Origin: Octopus vulgaris
Taxonomy: Eukaryota
DNA: 64,000 bases
NCBI GenBank assembly: GCA_951406725.2
Contig: OX597818.1
Span: 135,346,001 to 135,410,000, forward strand
Reading direction: 5' to 3'
Position numbers and translations under genes: made by a program. A model generated the notes under the pieces. The model searched no databases. It was not told where the DNA came from and saw nothing but the letters and a program-made list of their open reading frames with translations. Below, piece by piece: positions 1 through 12,100 of the stretch (within the stretch, counting starts at the first letter, position 1; each line of letters starts with the position of its first letter).

Positions 1-900
1 GCATTGTTGTCATAAAGAATCCAATTCTTCATGGACGTTAGGATTGCCTGCATGGACACATATGATGGACCAACAACATCAATAATGACACTGATTCTCC
101 TTTTATGATCCTCATGCACAAGCTGATGAATTTTCTCCACATTTTCAGGGGTGATGCTCATGGCAAGTCTTCCAGATTTCTCATCACCTTCCAGGGATGT
201 TCTTTTGCTTCTGAAGTGCCCATGCCACTCGAAACGTTGCATACAACCCATTACCTCATTGCTGTAAGCTTGCTGAAGTATGCTCAATGTCTCTGTAGTG
301 TAGCAGACTTCCCAAGTTCAATGCAAAATTTCGCATTTGCTTTTTGTTCCAATTTACTATCCATGACAAAGGTTGCAGACTACAGCCTACACGTGATCAC
401 AAAAACACAAATTTCACAACTTGTGAAGTAAACACAGTAATGTCACTCAGCACACTGCTTCATGAAAGGAGCACTCCGTCGGTTACGACGACGAGGGTCC
501 CAGCTGATACGATCAATGGAACAGCTTGCTCGTGGAATTAACGTGCAAGTGACTGAGCAATCTACAGACACGAGTACCCTTAACGTAGTTCTCAGGGAGA
601 TTCAGCATGACACAGAGTGTGACAAGGCCGGCCCTTTGAAATACAGGTACAACTCATTTTTGCCAGCTGAGTGGACTGGAGCAACGTGAAATAAAGTGTC
701 TTGCTCAAGGACACAACGCATCGCCGGGAATCGAACTCACGACCTTACAATCGTCAGCCGAATACCTTTAACCACTAAGCCATGCGCCTTCACTACTGCT
801 TCATGAAGGTCACTGCTAGCTCTCACTGCACACACAACCATGTGCTGCCATCTGTTGGTGTGCTACAGAACTAATCCAGGAACTTTTTGATACCACCTCA
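1..900 (-). mobile_element. Decayed Tc1/mariner transposon, 5' part, interrupted by a SINE
   Basis: Terminus reads TA|TGAGGTGGTATCAAAAAGTTCCTGGA on the minus strand (~875-902). The frameshifted transposase N-terminus starts at 364: MDSKLEQKANAKFCIELGKSA...LQQAYSNEVMG...FEWHGHFRSKRTSLEGDEKSGR (mariner HTH). Confidence 0.8.
467..794 (-). mobile_element. tRNA-derived SINE (family D, CORE/V-like central domain) with 13-bp TSD
   Basis: A-box TGGCTTAGTGG and B-box GAGTTCGATTCC, followed by GTGTCCTTGAGCAAGACACTT. TSD actgcttcatgaa at 454-466 and 795-807. A second copy lies at ~55880-56198. Confidence 0.85.
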
Positions 901-1889
901 TATTCAGAAGCAATGGGGCCAATATGAGAGAGCAGGGGAAGGGGAGGGAGAGGGATTATACAGAGTAATTCTAGTTTAATGCCGACATAATATTGGAAAC
1001 AGTTTGATAGAATAAAATATTTGATAAAATCTAAAATCTTCCAAATTATAGATTTCAAAGTAAATCTCCTTAAAAACTCAAATTTTTTTCTTTTTATTGG
1101 AAAATACCATAATTTCTATTAAGTTAGCCTCTCAATGCTATGATTTTGTAGAACACCAACTAGTTAGTTCTACTTGTTAGGAATTGCCAGATAAAATTGG
1201 TTCAGTGTTGAAAGGTATATTATTAATTTTTTTTTTTTTTCTTTCTTGTTGTGACTATTGAAACTCAAATTCTTCAGTACTGAAATAACCTGTCTTTGGT
1301 AAAACAGTATCTGTAGATCTGTTGCAGTGAAATCATGAAGTAAAGGAGATTATCTGTATTGATTATTTAGTGGAAATAAAAATTCCTAAATATCCAATCT
1401 AATTTCAATCCCATTTTAATTTCACAGATCACTGCTATTTCATCACAATAAACGTAACGGTCTCCATCTATGATCACTATTCACGTAGAAACTGGAATTT
1501 CCTTGGAGTCTACATACAAACATATTATAGCAATATTCCAGCAACTTCCTTCTTTTCTATGTAGAGATTGCATATTAATTGTTTCTGTGATTATGGCATG
1601 AAATTTTGATGCAATGAATAAATTTGTCACACCAATCAGTCATTGCATGAATGATTTAACTGCCTGTCAAAACTGAATTCTAATATGCAGCACCACTACC
1701 AACACTATTTCCTTGGTTCCTTCTTCCACTGTTATCAGTAACTTTACAGAATTACAGAAAAAAAATACCAAAAAAATCATAAGCACTACCCACCCCATCC
1801 TCGGTGACTAAAAAGTAAGCAAAAAACAAAAATAAAATTCTTAATTTACATGTTCCCTGTGTGTATTAATGGTTTCATTAATGTAAGCA

Positions 1890-2520
1890 CAGACATGTTG
1901 TAAAACAAGAAGCTTGCTTTGCAATCACATGATTTGGGGTTCAGTCTCACTATGTGGCACCCAAATTGAGCAATGCCTTGTGATGTAAATCTGTAGACAG
2001 TAACTGTGTGGAAGCCTGTTGTATGTATGTATGTGTGTGTGTGTGTGTATTTATGTACATGTCTATGCGCATGTGTCTTTGTGTCTCTAGTCGTCATCCA
2101 CCACCTATCACTGCTTGACAACCAGTGTTGGTTTGTTTATGTTCCTGTAACTTAGTAGCTCAGCAAAAAAGCCCAACAGAATAATTAGTGGATTTCAAAA
2201 AAAAAAAGAATGCAAGTACTAGGGTTAAGTTGCTCAACTAAATACCTTGAAAGCATGTGGTTTCAGGTTCAGTCCCATAGTGCAGCACCTTAGGAAAGTG
2301 CTTTCTACTACAGCTCTGGCCAACCAAAGCCTTGTTAATGAATTTGGTAGGTGGAATCGGAAAAGAAGTTCCTTGCATATGAGTGAGCGTATGTGTGTAT
2401 GGCTTGCAATAATACCCCTCCCACACACACACATATACATACATACATAAGGAGGTGCATGGCTTAGTGGTTAGGGAATTACACTCAAGATTGAGAGATT
2501 GAGGTTTCAATTCCTGGACT
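1890..2520 (+). mobile_element. Cluster of old, diverged tRNA-SINE fragments (family A/D-like)
   Basis: Degenerate GGTTCAGTCCC B-boxes, CTTGTGAGTGGATTTGGTAG-like segments and TTGACAACCAGTGTTGG segments shared with family A. Confidence 0.6.
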
Positions 2521-3197
2521 GGGAGAAGCATTGTGTGTTTGTGTGTACACGCATGTGCATATGTGTATGTGTATTTTGTCTCCTTGATTTGGCATTGCAC
2601 ACTGTGAACAAATTATACAAGCAGTGCTGTTTGTTGGCAATATCCTGTAAAAGCATGACTGGACTAGAGGAAAATATTACATTGCTTGGAAACAGGTTGG
2701 GGTTAGTGACAGAAAGAGCATCCAGCCATAGAAAACCTCTTAATGAGTCTTGCCTGACCCTGTAAGCATAGATAAACAGAAATTAAAACAATGATGAGGA
2801 TGATAACAATCTTGTTTCAAGAACACTTTCATGGATCCTGTTCATAGAAATTGTTCCAAAGACTGAACTGTGATATGGATGAAAATATATATTTATAACC
2901 AAAATTACTCAAAATACAAGAAATTAAAAAAACACAACATAATAATGGTTTCTAATATATTTCTAAGGTCATGCATTTTAATAGAGAGTCAATTAGACCA
3001 ATCCCAGTATGATACGTGTATTTATTTTACAATCTCAGAAAGGGTGAAAGAGATTAAGTCAACCATAGCATTATGTAAAAGGATATGATTTAATACCACA
3101 AGACATTTTGTCCATTGTTGTACTAATTCTGCCAAACCAATATCCTGTAATAGTACATAAAATGATATATATTATTGATATGAAATTTATGTTAAGA

Positions 3198-3918
3198 GGC
3201 ATCAGATGTGATGTGCAAGAGAGACAACTGCATTGGTATGCTCATGTGATGTGTATGACTGTGGACAGCTGTGTGAAGAAGTGCTAATCTCTACCAGTGC
3301 AAGGAAGCTATGGAAGAGGAAGACCCAGGGAGACATGGGATGAGGTGGTGAAGCATGATCTTTGAACAGTGAGCCTCAAGGAGACAATGAATAGTGACCG
3401 AGACCTTTGGTGATATGCCGTGCTTGAGAAGACCCGTCAAGTGAAATCATAGTTGTGGCCATTGTTGGTGTCACGTAACTGGTACTCATGCTGGTAGTAT
3501 GTAAAGAACACTTTTCAAGCATTGGGCCTCATGGAAGCAATGTGGCCAATGTCAGTGTCGCATAGCTAGCACCCATGCAAATGGCACATAAAAAGCACCT
3601 CTCAAGCGCTGGGCCTCACAGAGGCAATGATAAGTGACAGATACCTTTGGCAATATGCTGTGCTTGAGGACCCATCAAGCCGAATGGAATTGTTGTCACG
3701 GCAGATACTGGTGTCACACAACTGACACCCATGCCGGTGGCATGTAAAAGCACCCATTACACTCTCAGAGTGGTTGGAGTTAGGAAGGGCATCCAGCCAT
3801 AGAAACTATGCCGTATCAGATTGGAGTCTGGTGCAGCTCCTCAGCTTACCAGCTCTGGTTAAACCGTCCAACCTATGTCAGCATAGGCAATGGATGTTAA
3901 ATGATGATGATGATGATG
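3198..3918 (+). mobile_element. RTE/RTEX-type LINE 3' fragment: decayed ORF end plus 3' UTR (the source of the family C tail)
   Basis: Translates GIRCDVQERQLHWYAHVMCM...GRGRPRETWDEVVKHDL...DRDLW, followed by degenerate repeat units, GGTTGG..TTAGGAAGGGCATCCAGCC and a (GAT)n tail. Confidence 0.75.
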
Positions 3919-4100
3919 GTGAAGTTTGTTTTCCAACTTCATGGTTCCGGGTTCAGACTCACTGTGTGACATCTTGGACAACAATGGGCTTCTTTCAGTT
4001 TCCATCTTCCAAGAGCACCCACAAGGCTTTGGTTGGCCTGAGGCTATTGTAGAAGATACTTTCCCATGCGGTTGCGAAGCAAGCTTCTTATCACACAGTC

Positions 4101-4131
<31 letters not shown>

Positions 4132-4224
4132 ATATCCTTATGTATGTCACATCTGTTTTCATTCCTCCATTCTGTATTTCATATCTTCTCTATAATAACT
4201 ATTACTTAAACATTTTCTCGCACT

Positions 4225-4272
4225 GTCTCTGACGAAGGGATATATAAAATACCCTGGAAACAGCTGTAAGAC
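4225..4272 (+). ncRNA. Minimal type I hammerhead ribozyme motif (Penelope/retrozyme-like)
   Basis: GTCT-CTGACGA-AGGG(atatataaaata)CCCT-g-GAAA-CAGCTG-TA^AGAC. It has the CUGANGA and GAAA core, stem I GTCT/AGAC, stem II AGGG/CCCT, palindromic stem III and a GUA cleavage triplet. Confidence 0.75.
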
Positions 4273-4509
4273 CTTCTATTTATAAATGTTCTGAAAATTA
4301 TTCACAGCCTTGGATTTTTTAATCTCATTTTCATAAATTTTTTATATATATGCCTGCTGATACATGAGCTATGTTGGACTCTTCATTCATATCATTATCA
4401 AGCCTGAAGCTTAACTATAGTCTGTCCGTAGCACTTACTCAGCATTACCTGACACCTTTGGGTCTTCTTGACACTAATACCTCTCATATCCTATATATAT
4501 ATATATATA

Positions 4510-5567
4510 TCCAAGCCATCTCATACATTTTTGTGTGAGGAGTGCAAACATGCTTGGTATTCCTGCTTGCTTTGTTGGGGACATCTTTGTTGGGGACACC
4601 ATTCTGCCATTTGATGCCAAGAATTTTCCAGAGGCAGTGCAGGTGAAAGATATTTAGGCAACGCTCTTGGTGAGTGTATGGCATCAAGGTCTCACTGCCA
4701 TGCAGTAGAGTGGTAAGTACACATGCCTGGTAAATCTTCATTTTTGTGGTCTTGGTCAGCTTATTGTTGTCCCATGCCCATTTGGAGAGTTGGGCCATCA
4801 CAGCAGCTGCCTTGCCAATGCGTATATTGAACTCAGTATCAAGGGATAGGTTGTAAATGATGGTAGAGTGAAGATAGGTAAACTTCTCCACCTCCTGTAG
4901 TCTGTGGTCTCCTATATGTATGTTTGGGATGTCCGATGTAGCCTGACCCATGATGTTGGTCTTCTCAAGGCTGATAACTAAGTCAAAGTCGCTACATACT
5001 TGCTCAAAGTAGTTGATGAGCCTTGCCAGAGTGGAATCATCAACAAAGAGCATCCCCTTGATCAGGACGCATCTGATTTTGGTCTTGGCATGCAGACGCG
5101 AGAGATTGGACATGTTAGCCGTATGGAAGATGGCAGAATCCCCAAGGACATACTCTATGGAGAGCTTGCTAGGGGCACTAGGTCTGTGGGAAGACCGTTC
5201 TTATGATACAAGGATGTTTGCAAAAGGGACACGAAGGCCTGCAACATTAATATAACCAACTGGGAAGCAGTTGCCAGCAACCGTGGAGATTGGCGACGCA
5301 TCATAGAAGAGGGAACACAAAGGAGTGACAGAAGGAGAGAGGAGAAGTGGAAAGACAAGAAAAGATGTCAACAAGAAACTATGACATTACAACCAGCCAG
5401 GCAAAGTCTTCACTACATTTGCGGCATCTGCCAGAGGAAGTGTTTGTCCAGGATAGAACTACACAGCCACAGTAGATGTAGTATTAGGACATCAAATGTA
5501 AAAACCGGACTGAATTATTTTATGCGCAACTCCACTGTCTCCTGAGACAAAAGGATGCCAACAACAA
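4510..5567. mobile_element. RTE-clade LINE fragment with 5' inversion (4510-5105 minus; 5106-5567 plus)
   Basis: Minus part: RT region MLFVDD...ISLEKT...FTYL...LLHGSET...RWLG. Plus part: LGHVSRMEDGRIPKDILYGEL...GRP...CGICQRKCLSRIELHSH (C-terminal zinc finger), ending GATGCCAACAACAA. Confidence 0.85.
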
Positions 5568-5668
5568 TATATTTGTGTGTGTGTTTGTGTATGTGTGTGT
5601 GTGTATGTGTGTGAGTGTGCGTGTGTGCATGTGTGTGTGTATCTTTGTGTTTGTGTTAGTTCACAACC

Positions 5669-5882
5669 TATTTCTTTACTACCCACAAGGGGCTAAACAC
5701 AGACGGGACAAACAAGGACAGACAAACGGATTAAGTCGATTACATCGACCCCAGTGCGTAACTGGTACTTAATTTATCGACCCCAAAAGGATGAAAGGCA
5801 AAGTCGACCTCGGCGGAATTTGAACTCAGAACGTAACGGCAGACGAAATACGGTTACGCATTTCGCCCGGCGTGCTAACGTT
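5669..5882 (-). mobile_element. tRNA-derived SINE family B (Meta-domain-like)
   Basis: Contains GAGTTCAAATTCC B-box and GTCGACTTTGCCTTTCATCCTTT.GGGGTCGATAAATTAAGTACC; ends AAAGAAATA. Confidence 0.8.
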
Positions 5883-6180
5883 TACAACCACCACTTGGCA
5901 ACCAGTGTTGGTTTCTTCACATTCCCATAATTTAGTGATTTAGCATAAGAGACTGATTGAATAAGTACCATGTTTAACAAAATAAGTACTGCAGTCGATT
6001 CATTTGACTAAAACGTTTCAAGGTGGTGCCCCAGCGTGATTGAAACACGTGAAAAATGAAAGACAAAAAATATTTTGGAAAATGGCAATATGGCTAAGAA
6101 AAGAGAACAACACAGCACACATTTGATGAAAATAGACAAATGGAAATATTCTTCACTGGAACTGAAGTTAACATGTTTAA

Positions 6181-6490
6181 CCCTTTAGCATTTAAACCAG
6201 CCATCTCTGGCTCCAAATTTTCAACCTGTTTTATGTTCAAACTGACCAGACCTTGTCTCTCAAACCCAACAATGACTAACAATATCATTGTAAAAATCCC
6301 ATCATTGAAATCCACGATTAATTCAAATTCAAAGGAGTGGCTGTGTGGTAAGTAGCTTGCTAACCAACAACATGGTTCCGGGTTCAGTCCCACTGCATGG
6401 CATCTTGGGCAAGTGTCTTCTGCTATAGCCCCGGGCCGACCAATGCCTTGTGAGTGGATTTGGTAGACGGAAACTGAAAGAAGCCTGTCG

Positions 6491-6522
<32 letters not shown>

Positions 6523-6784
6523 AGTGTGTGTGTATATGTTTGTGTGTCTGTGTTTGTCCCCCTAGCATTGCTTGACAACCGATGCTGGTGTGTTTACGTC
6601 CCTGTCACTTAGCGGTTCAGCAAAAGAGACCGATAGAATAAGTACTGGGCTTACAAAGAATAAGTCCTGGGGTCGATTTGCTCGACTAAAGGCGGTGCTC
6701 CAGCATGGCCGCAGTCAAATGACTGAAACAAGTAAAAGAGTAAATAAGCATTGCATTTGACAGGGTAATCCGGATGCTATAGGG
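6181..6784 (+). mobile_element. TTAA piggyBac-type MITE split by a family A SINE
   Basis: TTAA|CCCTTTAG at 6177-6188 and TATAGGG|TTAA at 6778-6788. The internal sequence resumes after the SINE at 6333-6743. Confidence 0.75.
6333..6743 (+). mobile_element. tRNA-derived SINE family A (CORE-like, internal TA/TG microsatellite)
   Basis: A-box GTGGCTGTGTGG, B-box GGTTCAGTCCC, CTTGGGCAAGTGTCTT and an AGTAAAAGAGTAA tail. Near-identical copies occur across the window. Confidence 0.9.
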
Positions 6785-7096
6785 TTAAAGTACTTTGTAA
6801 TAAAAACTGTAATACATTTCCTTAGATCTTGTATGCAATATCCTAACCACTAAGCCATACATCTCCATATCTGTGTGTGTGTGTGTGATGGACTCTCCCT
6901 TTGAAGACAATGTATGAGTGTTCAGCTTTCGCTGAACAACTTGTACAAATGATTTGTTTATAGCGATTAAAAGTATGTGCCATACATTAACTCATTCACT
7001 CCATTAAATCGACATTGCTTGGACAGATGCACAGTGTACCACAAGTCAGGTGTTGAAGGGATTGTAGAGCAATATATATATATACACGTAAAAGCA

Positions 7097-7136
<40 letters not shown>

Positions 7137-7371
7137 GTAAAAAGCACCAACCGATCGTGGGCGTTTGCCAGCCTCCTCTGGCCCCTGTGCTGGTGACATG
7201 TAATAAGCGCCCACTACACTCACGGAGTGGTTGGCGTTAGGAATGGTAGCCAGCTGTAGAAACACTGCCAGATCAGACTGGAGCCTGGCGCAGCCTCCTG
7301 GCTTCCCAGACCCTGGTCGAACTGTCCAACCCATGCTAGCATGGAAAACGGATGTTAAACGATGATGATGA

Positions 7372-7374
<3 letters not shown>
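7137..7374 (+). mobile_element. Family C 5'-truncated LINE tail
   Basis: CCCACTACACTCACGGAGTGGTTGGCGTTAGGAA...CCATGCTAGCATGG...(GAT)n, flanked by (TA)n on both sides. Confidence 0.85.
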
Positions 7375-7410
<36 letters not shown>

Positions 7411-7414
<4 letters not shown>

Positions 7415-8556
7415 TGTCACTCTTAGAAAGGACCTGAGGTTAGTTGTCTCGCTTGACTGTTCCTTACTCTCAGGTGTTTTCTTACATCTGGTGAGTAGAG
7501 AATATATTCTCTTATGCCTAAAAACTGCAACCAACCCACGAACTAACAACAGACATACCTTGTGTATGTATGTTCAATTTTGTTCATATATATGTATACA
7601 TATTGTTAAGGCATGAATTTCGTTTGACCCTCTGGCCAATAACTAATGGGGATTTGGTGACCTTCTGTGTCTGTTTCTTGTTTGTTTGTGCATTCATTAT
7701 ATTTTCAACTTATGATACACACGTACATGTGCGCACACACACACAACAGGCTTGTTTCAGTTTCTGTCTACCAAATCCACTCACATGGCTTTAGTCAACC
7801 TGTAACTATAGTGGAAAACACTTGCCCAAGGTACCACAGAGTACAACAGATCTCAGAACCATGTGATTGGGAAATAAACTCTTACCACACAGCCATGCTT
7901 GTGCCTAAAAGAAATACAAGAAAAAAATTGAATGATGTAAGAGAGAATGTTCTCCTTACTTAAGAAATATTAAACCTAGTAAATCGAAGAAACTAAGAGT
8001 GGATGAACAAAATATGAAACATTCTACAACTGAATGCTAAACAATATACAAAGGAAATGCTTGCTAAATTAAAAAGTTATAGGATAAAGGACAGATAGGA
8101 AAAGGAAGCAATTGCATATGTAATAATGATGGGAAATATTTGATGAAAATTAAATAAAGCAAAAATGAACAAACTATGGGATGAACTTTCAAATGATAAG
8201 GAAGAGAAAGTGTAACAATGAACATTGAGAAGTCAGTGAAAGAGCTGAAATTAAGGAAGGCAGGATATGGTGGAATTAGCAGGAAAAAAATGATGGAATT
8301 ATATCAAGTGTATTTTTGACAAATGTAATTTACCAATGATATGTATAAATACTTCTTTCAGCTAAAATAAATGTGAATTTTGAACTATGAAGAATTAGAA
8401 AATGTGAGTATTTTCAAATAGATTAAGGAATCTCAGCGGGACTTTATTATTCATATGACATAAGAGAGAATCTTAAGTTGTGTGTGTGTCTGTGTGAGCA
8501 TAATTGTATACGCATGAATGTATGTGTATGTGTGTATATAAATAAATATAAATATG

Positions 8557-8587
<31 letters not shown>

Positions 8588-8743
8588 ATAAAATGATATA
8601 TAATATATATATATGTGTGTGTAAGATATTTAAACGTAAGATCCAAGGATCAAGGTGTAGGAAGTTAGTAAGCTTCAAGTAGTCTGAAAGTAAGGAACAG
8701 TCAAGCGAGACAACTAACCTCAGGTCCTTTCTAAGAGTGACAG

Positions 8744-8746
<3 letters not shown>
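7411..8746. repeat. 63-bp inverted repeat pair (7411-7473 / 8684-8746), possible non-autonomous DNA transposon in (TA)n
   Basis: TGTCTGTCACTCTTAGAAAGGACCTGAGG...TCCTTACT(C/T)TCAG matches its reverse complement at 62/63 positions; both outer ends abut (TA)n. Confidence 0.75.
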
Positions 8747-8781
<35 letters not shown>

Positions 8782-8796
8782 TCATCATCATCATCA

Positions 8797-9125
8797 AGTG
8801 TCTTCTACTATAGCCTTGGGCCAACCAAAGCCTTGTGAGTGGATTTGGTAGACGGAAACTGAAAGAAGCCCATCACATATATGTATATATATGTATGTGT
8901 GTGTGTGTGTTTGTGTGTCTGTGTTTGTCCCCCCAACATTGCTTGACAACCGATGCTGGTGCGTTTACGTCCCCGCAACTTAGCGGTTCGGCAAAAGAGA
9001 CTAATAGAATAAGTATGAGACTTACAAATAATAAGTCCTGGGATCGATTTGCTTGACTAAGGGCAGTGCCCCAGCATGGCCGCGGTTAAATGACTGAAAC
9101 AATTAAAAAAGTAAAGAGTAAAAGA
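8797..9125 (+). mobile_element. SINE family A, 5'-truncated
   Basis: Colinear with 6411-6743. Confidence 0.8.
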
Positions 9126-9867
9126 GGGAAAGTATATATATATATATATATACACATACATACAAATTATCATCATCATCATCATCATCATCAGTGTCCA
9201 CTTTCCACACTGGGGGGTGGTTTGACAGGAGATGGATAGCCAGAAGACAGAACCAAGCTCTACTGTCACTACAGCTGGATGCCTGCCCTTCCTAATGCCA
9301 ACTGCTTTATAGAGTGTATTAGTGTACTGGATGGTTTTTGCATGGTACCAGCAACAGTGAGATCACCGAGTAGCTTGCAAGACAAGAACTGCTCAACTGT
9401 GCAGGAAGTATTACTGAAGTGGGTGGCTTTGTGCCAAGTGATAAGAGGTTAGAGTATGATTGAGGGACAGAAATAGGTACCTTGCAGTAGAGGTGATGCA
9501 TGGCTACCCTAGTTGGAAAAAGAGAAAGAAGAGGAGAAAGAGAGAGGAGAAAAAAGGAGAAAGAAAGAGGAAAGAGAGGGAGAAGATGAAGATGAAGATA
9601 TGGCAGTATGTGCCCTCAAGTTAGAGGGAAGTATACCTAAGTGAAATGCTGCGGAAGATTGGATAGGGAGAGAAGGTATGTAAGTTCAGGAGAGTGCAAA
9701 AGGAGAGTAGAGTGGGAGATAGAAAGGATGGAATGCAATTAGTAGTGAACATGAGTGGAGGAAAGAAGTGTTAGGAAGATGAGATGTTAGGGAGATATTT
9801 GTCAGGGTCAGATTGTGTGCAAGGTCATAGACAAATGACATGCCTTTAGGGTCACAGTTTTACTTAG

Positions 9868-10072
9868 ACGGATGGGTCTTTGCAAGCACAGCAAATTGCC
9901 AATCATCTTGGTTCTTTGTCATCTTCTCTGTGAGACTCAACATCTGAATGTCAGTTTTCACCACATTGTCCATGTCTTCCCGAGTCCTCTTCCACAGGTT
10001 CCATCTATGTTTAACAATCAGCACTTCTTTATGCAGCTGCTGTCCCCATCCATTTGTATGACATAACCATAA
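9868..10072 (-). mobile_element. RTE/RTEX-type LINE ORF-end fragment
   Basis: Minus strand LWLCH...KTDIQMLSLTEKMTKNQDDWQFAVLAKTH, homologous to 3198-3440. Confidence 0.6.
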
Positions 10073-10849
10073 CATGGAAGAGGAAGACCCAGGGAGTCAT
10101 GGGATGAGGTGGTGAAGCATGATCTTTGAACAGTGGGCCTCAAGAGCGTCGCCTAAATATCTTTCACCTGCGTTGTCTCTGGAAAATTCTTGGCATGAAA
10201 TGGCAGAATCGTGTCCCCAACAAAGATGACTTCAAGCAAGCAGGAATACCAAGCATGTTTGCACTCCTCACACAAAGACGTATGAGATGGCTTGGATATA
10301 TAATATAATATATATATATATATTGGATATGAGAAGTACTGATGTCTCTTCTGGCTTTTTAACTCTTCTGATATATTCAGAAATTTTCTCCTTTATCTTG
10401 GTGTTTAACTTGTGCCTGTAGGTGTGATATGTTACTATGCAGGAGTTGTGGAATGGACAAAGGAAGAACTTGTCAGCATCAATAGAAAAACTAGGAAAGT
10501 AATGGCTATGCATAGCTGCCCTCATACTAGAAGTAACATAGCATAAAAAAATATTCAGACAAATACATAACAAAAACACCAGGACTAACAAGTATATATA
10601 ACAGAGAAAACTGCACTACTAAAACACTTTCATTACAGTAAAAATAAGAGCATCACAACAAACCATAGCACATACCCAAGGCACACAGTGCTGTGCTCAG
10701 TAGTGCAGTGAAATAATGTGATAAAAATAAGACTACTGAATGATAATTGTTTCTACTATAGGCACAAGGCCTGAAATTTTGGTGGGGTTGCAGTCGATTT
10801 GATCAACCCCAGTATGCAACTGGTACTTAATTTATCAAACTAGGAAGGA

Positions 10850-11575
10850 AAGCAGAAGAGAACTGGCTTGAACAGAGGATAGTTGTGAAGGAGATGAACT
10901 CCTTGCATGCCTATCTGAGGAATAGTGATGAAAGAATGTTGCAGGCTGCACAGGGTGAGATGATCAGTGACAATGAGGATACCCTCCAGATGTACAATAT
11001 GAGGAGTAACAGAGAAAAGATCATCAATTGGAAAGAGAAAGTCCTACATGAACAACAAACAGTGGATGAAGCTGATGAAGAATCTTGGAGATGGTTAAGA
11101 CAGTTTTTTAAAGAAGGAGATGGAAGGATTGATTCTTGCTGCTCAAGAACAAGCTTTATGAAGTAATTCAATGAATTGTAATATTGATAAGACAGTAGTA
11201 TCATCTTTGTGTAGACTATGTTGAAAATCATTGTTCAAAATTAGCCTAAAAGGCGTACAAAAACGCCACAACAAAATGGCAGTATGAATACACTGGGAAT
11301 TGTGCAAGAAGTATAGGCTAGAATGTTCCAACAAGTGGTATGAGCATCAACTTTTACCAGCAGCAGAGAATGATTGGGTGAAACTCATATGGGATATGCC
11401 AATATACATAAATAAAATGCTGCCCAAATATTGCTCTCTTTGAGATGGTTTCAAGTGCACCAATCATGATAAGTGCCACACTCACTTTTGAGGTTCTATG
11501 GATTCTTTTCATTTCCAATCCTAGGCCTTGGTACTTCTTGACTTTCTCATCCTCTCTCTTCACAATTGCATGACT
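10850..11575. mobile_element. Restriction-like-endonuclease (R4/NeSL-like) non-LTR fragment with an inverted segment
   Basis: Plus strand: WKEKVLH...SWRWL...EGLILAAQEQAL...CRLC...YKKRHNKMA..IHWELCKKY...KWYEH...KLIWD. Minus strand 11418-11575: KREDEKVKKYQGLGLEMKRIH...IMIGALETISK (REL domain). Confidence 0.75.
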
Positions 11576-11819
11576 AAAACTTCATGACTTACAACTATAC
11601 ACAATATAAGCAATGCACACTTATTACATTGAGTACTTTCAAAAGAGTAAAAACAACAAAACCTAAACAAAACAAAGCCAGAGCTGCATTCAGTACAGCA
11701 GGAAAAACTTGCAATAAAAATAAAGCTTCTGAATAATAATAATGAAATTGCAAAAAATATAATAATAATATTAATAATAGTAATAATAATAATAATAATA
11801 ATAAATAGAGGTAACTCAA

Positions 11820-12100
11820 ATGTGGAGTCTAAAAACAGAAACAATTCCTATCATAGTAGGCGCATTAGGTATGATAAAAAAAATATTCAGACAAATACAT
11901 AACAAAAATGCCAGGACTAACAAGTATATATAACATACAGAAAATAGCACTACTAGGCACTGCACATATCCTATATAAAACACTTTCAATACAGTAAAAA
12001 TAAGAGCATCACAACAAACCATAGCACATACCCAAGGCACACAGAGCTGTGCTCAGTAGTGCAGTGAAAGAATGTGATAAAAATAAGACTACTGAATGAT
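11820..12100 (+). mobile_element. 3' end of a second REL-type non-LTR element (partly duplicated at ~10545-10745)
   Basis: LKTETIPIIVGALGMIKK...IQKIALLGTAHIL, followed by a short 3' UTR. Confidence 0.7.

Noticed and set aside
1415-1570. Possible exon (tttcacag acceptor on plus, short open frames on both strands)
   Set aside because: No recognisable protein, partner exons or convincing donor.
6333-6400. tRNA genes at A-box/B-box motifs
   Set aside because: These are SINE heads continuing into SINE bodies; no complete cloverleaf.
6329-6760. Recurrent ORFs such as RQASFSFRLPNPLTRHWSARG and MTTDAGVFTSPSLSGSAKET
   Set aside because: Chance translations of SINE family A, repeated at every copy.
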